Shown piece by piece: positions 51,779 through 59,370 of a stretch of DNA of 64,000 bases. A model generated the notes under the pieces. The model was not told the origin of the DNA and did no database searches. It saw only the letters and a program-made list of their open reading frames with translations. Source of the DNA: Arenicellales bacterium (GTDB lineage Bacteria > Pseudomonadota > Gammaproteobacteria > Arenicellales > Poriferihabitantaceae); contig JAPYNL010000020.1 of NCBI GenBank assembly GCA_028285795.1, forward strand, positions 1,622 to 65,621, in the 5' to 3' direction. The translations under genes and the position numbers were made by a program. Each line of letters opens with the position of its first letter. Position 1 is the stretch's first letter.

Positions 51779-52810
51779 TTAGGGTCGGTGAATTTTCCCA
51801 GTCGCATCGAGAATTCGCTTGACTAGAGCAGGGCCCTGGTAGATGAGGCCGGTATAGAGTTGAATCAGACGGGCTCCTGCCTCAAATTTTTCCAGAGCGG
51901 ATTCCGGACTGTGAATTCCACCAACTCCGATAATCGGAATTTCATCCTGTAGGTTGTCATGGAGCAATTTGATGATTTGGGTAGAGGGTTGTCGCAGTGG
52001 TGCTCCGCTGAGCCCGCCGTTTTCGGCTGAAAGAGGGTGATTTTCGACTCCGGGACGGGAGACCGTAGTATTGGTTGCGATGATGCCATCTATCGAGTGG
52101 CTTCGTATCAAGGCGGCGATTGCATTGACCTGGGAGTGATCCAGATCTGGCGCAACCTTGATTGCCAGGGGTTTACGGTTTCCGGTTTTATCGGAGAGGT
52201 GCTCCCGTTCCCGGTTTAGACTTGCAAGAAGCGTATCCAGTAATTCGCGGTCCTGAAGTTGTCGCAGCCCTTCGGTATTGGGTGAGGAAATGTTGATGGC
52301 GATGTAGTCAGCGAGTGTATAGACTTCCCGCAGGCAGGTCAGATAATCGCCAATTGACTCGTTGATTGGGGTGGTGGCATTTTTTCCGATATTGATTCCA
52401 GTGACAATGTTGCCTGAAGTCGCTGCCAGGTTTTTCTTGAATTGCTCGAGGCCGACGCTGTTAAACCCCATGCGGTTGATGAGAGCCTGGTGTTCCTCCA
52501 GGCGAAACATGCGGGGTTTCGGGTTGCCGGGTTGAGGTTCTGGTGTGACGGTGCCGATTTCGACGAAACCGAATCCCAGTCTGCGAAAGATATCTCTGGC
52601 CGTACCCTGCTTGTCCAGTCCGGCAGCCAGCCCGATCGGATTGGGAAAGCGGATGCCCATTAGCGGGAGAGATTGATCGTGTTCTGCTTGTGCCTGCACG
52701 GGTTTTCGAGTATTCGAAAACCGACTGGTCAAGGCAAGCAGACGCAGTGCAAGATCGTGGCTGGTTTCCGGATCCAGTCGAAACAAAAGCGATCGGATCA
52801 ACGAGTACAT
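51779..52810 (-). CDS. pyrD: Dihydroorotate dehydrogenase (quinone), class 2
   Basis: Start trimmed to MYSLIRSLLFRLDPETSHDLAL (ATG 52810), giving 343 aa. Motifs GFVEIGTVT, NISSPNT and ATNTT are present. Confidence 0.92.
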   Translation of the reverse strand: MYSLIRSLLFRLDPETSHDLALRLLALTSRFSNTRKPVQAQAEHDQSLPLMGIRFPNPIGLAAGLDKQGTARDIFRRLGFGFVEIGTVTPEPQPGNPKPRMFRLEEHQALINRMGFNSVGLEQFKKNLAATSGNIVTGINIGKNATTPINESIGDYLTCLREVYTLADYIAINISSPNTEGLRQLQDRELLDTLLASLNREREHLSDKTGNRKPLAIKVAPDLDHSQVNAIAALIRSHSIDGIIATNTTVSRPGVENHPLSAENGGLSGAPLRQPSTQIIKLLHDNLQDEIPIIGVGGIHSPESALEKFEAGARLIQLYTGLIYQGPALVKRILDATGKIHRP

Positions 52811-53565
52811 CAGAAGTTTTCCCGATCGCCCAGAAGGCGCCATTTGCCACGCGGGATACCGGTCAGCTCGACTTTGCCGATCCGGGTCCGGACCAGTGTT
52901 TTGACCGTCAAACCGACTGCATCGCACATGCGGCGGACTTGCCGTTTGCGGCCTTCTTTCACTATGAAGACGAGTCGCTCACGGCCGGATTGTTGAATTG
53001 ACGCTTTCCTCAAGCGCTTGCCGTCAAGATCGATGCCTTCAGTCAGCTGCTTGATGCATCGTTCAGTGATTTCTCCTTGAACCCTGACTACATATTCCTT
53101 TTCGATCTGGCCATGCTCACCGATCAGTTGTTTTGCAATTCGACCATCCTCGGTGTAAACCATAAGGCCACTGGAATCGATGTCCAGCCGCCCAGCGGGG
53201 GCAAGCCCCTTATGTCCTGGAACTGAAGTATTGGAGTGAATGGCATTTGTTCGGGTAATCAGGGCAACTGCCGATCGGTAACCCTTTTCAGGTTGTCCTG
53301 AAACATAGCCGGGTGGCTTGTTCAGCAATACTGTTATCAGTCGATCCTGTTGCCATTGTGCATGTGGGGATAGCCGTACTTCCTGATCGGGATATACCTT
53401 GTATCCGAGGGTTTGCACAATGTCCCCATCGACTTCCACCAGACCGAGGGCGATATACCTGTCCGCTTCGCGACGGGAGCATATTCCGCGCATTGACATC
53501 AGTCTTGACAGACGTATCGGTTCCCCTGTATTTCGGTCAGACATCCCGCGCGGCTTGGACGGCAT
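52810..53565 (-). CDS. RsuA/RluB/RluF-family rRNA pseudouridine synthase
   Basis: 251 aa with an S4 domain (RLSRLMSMRGICSRREADRYI), the catalytic GRLDIDSSGL motif and a C-terminal EGRKRQVRRM. Confidence 0.85.
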   Translation of the reverse strand: MPSKPRGMSDRNTGEPIRLSRLMSMRGICSRREADRYIALGLVEVDGDIVQTLGYKVYPDQEVRLSPHAQWQQDRLITVLLNKPPGYVSGQPEKGYRSAVALITRTNAIHSNTSVPGHKGLAPAGRLDIDSSGLMVYTEDGRIAKQLIGEHGQIEKEYVVRVQGEITERCIKQLTEGIDLDGKRLRKASIQQSGRERLVFIVKEGRKRQVRRMCDAVGLTVKTLVRTRIGKVELTGIPRGKWRLLGDRENF

Positions 53566-54919
53566 GACCGGTATAGCTGGCGGGGGTAAGGGCTAGCAGT
53601 GAATGCTTGGCCTGCTCAGGGATATCGAGTTCAACAATAAAGGCATGCAGCATGCTCCGGGTAATGTTGTCCTGACCGCGGGTGAGCCGTTTTAGCTGCT
53701 CATACGGTTCGGGAACCCCGTAGCGTCGCATGACAGTCTGAATCGCTTCGGCAAGAATTGCCCAATTGTCATTCAAGTCGGTCTCGATGATATCTTTATT
53801 GGCAGCCAGTTTGCCAAGTCCTTTGAGGGTTGAGTCCCAGGCAATGAGCGAATGACCAATGCCAACTCCAAGGTTGCGAAGTGCGGTTGAGTCAGACAGA
53901 TCACGCTGCCATCGGCTAATTGGCAGTTTACCTGCAAGGTGTGCCAGAATGGCATTGGCGAGTCCCAGATTGCCTTCGGAATTCTCGAAATCAATGGGAT
54001 TGACCTTGTGTGGCATGGTGCTTGAACCAACTTCCCCGACAAGGGTTTTTTGTCGCAAATAACCCAAAGAAACATATCCCCAGAGATCGCGATCCAGATC
54101 CATGACAATGGTGTTGATGCGGCTGAGGGCATGACAGAATTCGGCAATTGTGTCATGTGGTTCGATCTGTGTACTATAGGCCTGGTTTGCAAACCCAAGT
54201 CCTTCAACAAAAGATTTGGAAATCGATTCCCACCGAGCTTCGGGATAGGCCGCATAATGGGCATTGAAGTTACCCACTGCACCGTTCATCTTGCCGCACA
54301 TCACAACTCCGAACAGTGTTTTCCCTGCATCATTCAGTCGGCTGACGAAATTTGCGAACTCCTTGCCGAGTGTAGTTGGACTAGCCGGCTGTCCATGAGT
54401 GCGGGACAGCATGGCCTGATCCTGGTGTTCCCGAGCCATGTTCCTAAGAGTACTGGCTAGTTTGGCTAGCCTGGGCTTGAGTATTTCCGATTGGCTTGCC
54501 GCGAGTAACGAGGCATAGGACAGATTGTTTATGTCTTCAGATGTGCAGGCAAAATGCACGAATTCCAGATTGCTTTCGGGGATGCCGAGTGCCTCGACCT
54601 GCTCCTTCACGTAGTATTCAACAGCCTTTACGTCATGGTTGGTTGTGCTTTCGACTTGCTTGATTTTTAGTGCATCCTCAATTCCGAATTGATCGGCGAT
54701 TGCGCGAAGTGCATCAATCGTCCGATCGGGAAATTCGGCAATTTCGGGCAAGTCGGATTGTCTGGACAGGTGGATCAGCCATTCGATTTCGATTTTCACG
54801 CGTGCCTTGATCAGTCCGAATTCACTGAATAACGGGCGCAGCGCATCAACTTTTGCATGATAGCGGCCATCGAGAGGCGAAATCGCATTCAAGGGATTGG
54901 AGGTAGGCCCTGAATTCAT
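53537..54919 (-). CDS. purB: Adenylosuccinate lyase
   Basis: 460 aa beginning LNAISPLDGRY, with the fumarate-lyase signature SSTMPHKVNP. Confidence 0.96.
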   Translation of the reverse strand: MNSGPTSNPLNAISPLDGRYHAKVDALRPLFSEFGLIKARVKIEIEWLIHLSRQSDLPEIAEFPDRTIDALRAIADQFGIEDALKIKQVESTTNHDVKAVEYYVKEQVEALGIPESNLEFVHFACTSEDINNLSYASLLAASQSEILKPRLAKLASTLRNMAREHQDQAMLSRTHGQPASPTTLGKEFANFVSRLNDAGKTLFGVVMCGKMNGAVGNFNAHYAAYPEARWESISKSFVEGLGFANQAYSTQIEPHDTIAEFCHALSRINTIVMDLDRDLWGYVSLGYLRQKTLVGEVGSSTMPHKVNPIDFENSEGNLGLANAILAHLAGKLPISRWQRDLSDSTALRNLGVGIGHSLIAWDSTLKGLGKLAANKDIIETDLNDNWAILAEAIQTVMRRYGVPEPYEQLKRLTRGQDNITRSMLHAFIVELDIPEQAKHSLLALTPASYTGHAVQAARDV

Positions 54920-56004
54920 CGGTTAATCCCGTCCTGATTGTAGGCATGCCGGATTATGCCACCGCCAACGCAGATGTCGTTATCGTAAAACACAATTGAC
55001 TGGCCGGCTGCAACTCCCCATTGCGGCTCGTCAAAGGTTACGTCTATACTGCTCCTGGCAGAAGGCAGGACCCGGCATTTCTGATCGGGCTGGCGATAAC
55101 GGGTTTTGGCCATGCAGTGAACGGGGGCCTCGGGGGATTTTCCATTTACCCAATGCACTTCTTCCGCAACAAGGGAAGTGCTGAAAAGTGCCGGGTGGTC
55201 CTTGCCCTGGACTGCATAGATCATGTTTTGGTCGACATCCTTTCTGGCTACGTACCAGGGTTCTCCGTCGCCACCGATGCCCAGGCCCTGTCGCTGTCCT
55301 ATAGTGTAATAGCAGGCACCCTGATGCTGGCCCACTGTCTCTCCGTCCAGGGTCAATATCTTGCCGGGTTCTGCCGGGAGATATGCTTTCAGAAAATCCC
55401 TGAATCTTCTCTCTCCGATAAAGCAAATGCCGGTACTGTCCCTCTTGTCATGAACCGGGAGTGATAAATCCCGAGCTCGTTCCCGAACAGCCTGTTTGGT
55501 CATATTTCCAATCGGGAAACAGGACTGGTTCAAGATCTCCTGGCTCAGCGTATACAGAAAATAGCTCTGATCCTTGTCACCATCGCGACCCTTGAGAAGA
55601 GTGAAATGTCCGTTGGCATTCTCGATTCGGGCATAATGGCCGGTGGCAATGCAATCCGCGCCAAGGCTGACAGCCCATTCCAGAAATTCCTTGAACTTGA
55701 TTTCCCGGTTACAGACGATATCGGGATTTGGGGTTCGGCCTCTGCGGTATTCATCAACAAACCGGGTAAATACGCGTTCCCAGTATTCCCTTGAAAAATT
55801 GATGGTCTTCAATTCAATGTCCAGCAACTTGCAGATTTCCGCTGCATCGTTGAGATCTTCGGCCGCGGCACAGTATTCGGCTGTATCGTCCTCTTCCCAG
55901 TTCTTCATGAAAAGCCCTGTAACCTGATGGCCGTCTTCAACAAGCCTGGAAGCGGCGACTGAAGAGTCCACCCCGCCGGAAAGCCCCACCATGATGTTTG
56001 ACAT
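54916..56004 (-). CDS. mnmA: tRNA-specific 2-thiouridylase MnmA
   Basis: 362 aa with the PP-loop VGLSGGVDSSV, the catalytic-Cys context (NPDIVCNREIKF) and the ATGHYAR motif. Confidence 0.95.
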   Translation of the reverse strand: MSNIMVGLSGGVDSSVAASRLVEDGHQVTGLFMKNWEEDDTAEYCAAAEDLNDAAEICKLLDIELKTINFSREYWERVFTRFVDEYRRGRTPNPDIVCNREIKFKEFLEWAVSLGADCIATGHYARIENANGHFTLLKGRDGDKDQSYFLYTLSQEILNQSCFPIGNMTKQAVRERARDLSLPVHDKRDSTGICFIGERRFRDFLKAYLPAEPGKILTLDGETVGQHQGACYYTIGQRQGLGIGGDGEPWYVARKDVDQNMIYAVQGKDHPALFSTSLVAEEVHWVNGKSPEAPVHCMAKTRYRQPDQKCRVLPSARSSIDVTFDEPQWGVAAGQSIVFYDNDICVGGGIIRHAYNQDGINR

Positions 56005-56054
56005 GACCGGTATGTTCGCTTCAGCCTGGCCTGGAGGGCAGTCCGGTCAAACCA

Positions 56055-56696
56055 TCAATGCTGATCATTGCCTGATCGATCGGAACTGTCAATGACTGCG
56101 CTCATGAAGGGGATATCCTCCCATTCCTCGCTCGCCTGAATAATGGGCAGGTAGCCGTTGGGTTGAAACCAGGAATCGACAACGAAGCGAGTACCGGTTG
56201 ATTTTTCTCGAACTTGTGCGGCCCAGTGCTGGTCAAATATGGCTTGGCGATAGGCTCGTTCGATCACCTCGAAATGTTGCAGAAGACCCTGTTGTTCGAA
56301 CAATCGCAAGTAGGTGGTGGTATTGGTGGATTCATCGATGCAGTCCTGCTGGCCCGGAAACAGGTCGCGGTAATTATCGGTTCGGGGCAGGGAGAAAGCC
56401 ACATCCCTATGCGTCGGCGTGTGCCGTCCTATCAGGACTTCCATCCAGCCTATCGCATGCTTGATTTGCCGAAGTTCTTCTTCAGGCGTTTTGGCTGGGG
56501 GGTGAAACCAGTGGGCAACTTCCAGCCATTCATGTTCGGGCAGGTTCACGGTTGACCGATTCTTGCATCCGAAGTCATAGCAGACAGTTATCGCATCCAG
56601 TCTGGGTTCGGGTACCGGAGGATCGACCTCTTTGGCCATGAGTGAATCCGTCACTGGCAGGGTGCAGGCCACTGCCAGCAGGCATGCCTTAATCAT
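56055..56696 (-). CDS. Hypothetical exported protein
   Basis: Start trimmed to MIKACLLAVACTLPVTDSLMA (signal-peptide-like), about 213 aa. I recognise no family. It is wedged between the NUDIX gene and mnmA and overlaps the NUDIX stop by 8 nt. Confidence 0.5.
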   Translation of the reverse strand: MIKACLLAVACTLPVTDSLMAKEVDPPVPEPRLDAITVCYDFGCKNRSTVNLPEHEWLEVAHWFHPPAKTPEEELRQIKHAIGWMEVLIGRHTPTHRDVAFSLPRTDNYRDLFPGQQDCIDESTNTTTYLRLFEQQGLLQHFEVIERAYRQAIFDQHWAAQVREKSTGTRFVVDSWFQPNGYLPIIQASEEWEDIPFMSAVIDSSDRSGNDQH

Positions 56697-57162
56697 TCTG
56701 AACTGTCTGTAAAATCGCATCCTCAGGCAACCGTTTTCCGGACTCGAAATCATCAACACATTGTAGCACTATCTGATTTCTGAGACGGTCAGGGTTTTCT
56801 GCAAGGGCAGCCCGGTTCAGCCACAGAACTTCCTCGATTTGGGTGTCGATCTCGTGGCCTGCAACCTTTCCAAGCAAGGTCCCGCAAAAGGCAAACCGCA
56901 GATAGGAAATGCCGGTCCGGTTCTGCATGTAGTAGATGCCCACGAGTCCCTCTGGCTCAAATTGCCAGCCAGTTTCCTCGAGGCATTCCCGGATGACCGC
57001 TTCCTGAAGCGTTTCATGTTCTTCAAGATGGCCAGCTGGCTGGTTGAGCACCGGATTGCCCAGTATCCGTTCCTTGACCATCAGGTACCTGTCGCGATGC
57101 CGAGCGATCGCTGCAACCGTGACATGCGGGTACCATGGGGCAGGTTGCTCAATTGCTGTCAT
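56689..57162 (-). CDS. NUDIX hydrolase (NudJ-like by position)
   Basis: NUDIX box QPAGHLEEHETLQEAVIRECLEETGW. Start set at MTAIEQPAPW. Its position upstream of mnmA matches E. coli nudJ-mnmA. Confidence 0.8.
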   Translation of the reverse strand: MTAIEQPAPWYPHVTVAAIARHRDRYLMVKERILGNPVLNQPAGHLEEHETLQEAVIRECLEETGWQFEPEGLVGIYYMQNRTGISYLRFAFCGTLLGKVAGHEIDTQIEEVLWLNRAALAENPDRLRNQIVLQCVDDFESGKRLPEDAILQTVQND

Positions 57163-58123
57163 GACTACCTCGGAAGCTGGAGGGATCCTGAACATGTCCG
57201 GATCGCCTGAAAAAATCAGGAGACAGGGTTTCGATAAAGCGGCTGGCCTGAGCGGATATGAATTTTCCACGTCTCAGAATAATCCCGTAATTGCGTGGAG
57301 GGAAATGCTCGCCAACCGGAATAACACCGAGTCTGTCATTTGTCCCAAGGCAAATATCGGTCACGATAGAAATGCCAATCCCCAATTCGACGTAGCGTTT
57401 TATAACTTCCCAGCCACCGGTTTCAAGACTGACATTATGCTTGATGTTGTGGCGTTGAAAGGTCGAAATGACGATGTTCCAGGTGCTCAAATAGCGAGGT
57501 GGGAGAATCAGGCTGTACTTGGCAATTTCCTCAAGACTGACTCTTGTTTTTCCAGCCAGGGGGTGGCTGGTCGGCGTGATCAGGGTTGGGGTGAAGCGAC
57601 AGATCGGAAAGTAGTTCATGTCATCCGGTATTTCCAGCATGGAGCCAACGGCGAAATCCGCATCATCGGCGCGCAGCATGGCAAGGCCGTCGACACCGTT
57701 CACGTTGTGCAACCGGATACGCACCCCGGGATACTGTCCGGAGAAGGATTTGATGGTTTTGGGGAGCATGTACAGGATTGTGGACTCTCCAGCTGCGATG
57801 TTGATGTAGCCACTGTTCAGATTGCCGGACCGGGAGGCAAAAGTATCCCGGAGCGAATCCATGCCTTCCACCATGGGTAGGGCAATGTCCAGCAGTTCCT
57901 TGCCATCTGGAGTCAGGTTGATTTTTGGACCGCGACGCTCGAATAAAATGGTATTGAGTTCGCGCTCCAGGGCCTGAATTTGCAGTGAGACGGATGGCTG
58001 GCTGAGATACAGCTTGGCAGCAGCCTTTGAGATGCTGCCACTGCGTGCCGTGTGGCAAAACGCACGGAGCTGTTTCAATCGATTCTGCTTATAGTAGGAG
58101 GCAGCTTTGGGTTTCATTTTCAA
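57149..58123 (-). CDS. LysR-family transcriptional regulator
   Basis: 324 aa with the N-terminal HTH segment LKQLRAFCHTARSGSISKAAAKLYLSQPSVSLQIQALEREL and a LysR substrate-binding domain after it. Confidence 0.88.
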   Translation of the reverse strand: MKMKPKAASYYKQNRLKQLRAFCHTARSGSISKAAAKLYLSQPSVSLQIQALERELNTILFERRGPKINLTPDGKELLDIALPMVEGMDSLRDTFASRSGNLNSGYINIAAGESTILYMLPKTIKSFSGQYPGVRIRLHNVNGVDGLAMLRADDADFAVGSMLEIPDDMNYFPICRFTPTLITPTSHPLAGKTRVSLEEIAKYSLILPPRYLSTWNIVISTFQRHNIKHNVSLETGGWEVIKRYVELGIGISIVTDICLGTNDRLGVIPVGEHFPPRNYGIILRRGKFISAQASRFIETLSPDFFRRSGHVQDPSSFRGSHDSN

Positions 58124-58822
58124 GGAGTTGTCCTGTGCAATGTCAGTTTCTTTCCAAGCCTGGATAAATTATATCACTTGGGGCTTGGCTGTCAGGTCTG
58201 ATTCGGAAAACCCCATGCTGCTTATTTGACCACGATACCACATCCTTGAGCTTTAGGACCTATGGACATGGCCGGATAATGGCCGTTCTTGGGTCGCACT
58301 ACTTCAATTTTGACGTCAAGTCGAGTGGCCGGACCGCCTGCAGGCCGAATCCATCAGCCGTTGTCAGGCCTGGTTGCCAGTTCGGCTCATTCCGTTTTGC
58401 AGCTACGGGAATGGATGCCGGATGCAGCACCACTCTGGAACATGGGGCAAACCGCAATAAGTCCGCCTGCGAACATGCCGGATCAGGCTGGGCAACATGG
58501 AGTTGTACCCCGCATGACATGCGCTGAAACATGCGTCCGGCAAACCATGCAGGGTCATGGTCCGTACTCGACAGGAAAGAAGCAGTTCGACATGGTTCTT
58601 TTTCCGTCCTGCATGCAGGTGATGCTAATGGCTGTCGAGAGGAGTCTTCAAGGCACCCTAGCCATTGTTGTTGATCTTCGTCTAGGCGCAGCGGATCCTG
58701 GCTTTGCATTTGCAATAATCATCGGCATCAGCAGTTTCTCCATCTCTCTCGAAGTAGTTGCTCTGCGATTCAGTCCAATTAGCAGCATTGGCCGAAATGG
58801 AAACTGCCGGGCCGCTCCCGGA

Positions 58823-58858
58823 CAGGTTCAGGCACCCCTGCAGGGGTGCCTGAACCTG
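58823..58858. repeat. Perfect 36-nt palindrome (16-bp GC-rich stem, TGCA loop)
   Basis: CAGGTTCAGGCACCCCTG|CAGGGGTGCCTGAACCTG read directly, followed on the + strand by GTTCCCATTATTTTC. It lies in a region with no convincing CDS. Confidence 0.8.
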
Positions 58859-59370
58859 GTTCCCATTATTTTCAGATCCATGACAGCACCCCCTGTTTTG
58901 TCACCCCAAAAGAGGCATTTTAGAATTGGCTTGATACTCCGGGTCTTGTCAGAGCGGGAATGTGCCATGGTTATGCGATGACGATGTCATGCTCGAACAT
59001 CTGGGGCGGCTTTGTGATTTTTCGATGTCTGAGGAGGAGTTGAGGACAGGGTTTGCTCCATGAGGCAGGGAAAATGGCCTTTTCCTTTGTGCATTTCCGG
59101 CAAGCTGTTAACGAATAGAACCGTCTTTTGCCCGATTGCGCTAGTTTGGGATGGTCCCGGCACCGACTGAAATCCGTACTCAAAATCACCCCGATTGATG
59201 TTTGCCCAAGCCATGACCATTGGTCTGATCTTGATGCATGAGCATTTCTTTTTTCGGGCGATTTGTCGATATAATGACTTGCTCAGGAGTGGACCGGAAC
59301 ATGACGGTCTTCTATCCGTAATCCCTGCCTTTCGACGAATTGAGCAAACAGCAATATTGCCTTTCGAGTC

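Noticed and set aside
58289-58981. 230-aa + strand ORF in the LysR-mrcA gap
   Set aside because: Its composition is not protein-like, it has no motifs, and it reads straight through the 36-nt perfect palindrome. I treat the region as non-coding or decayed instead.
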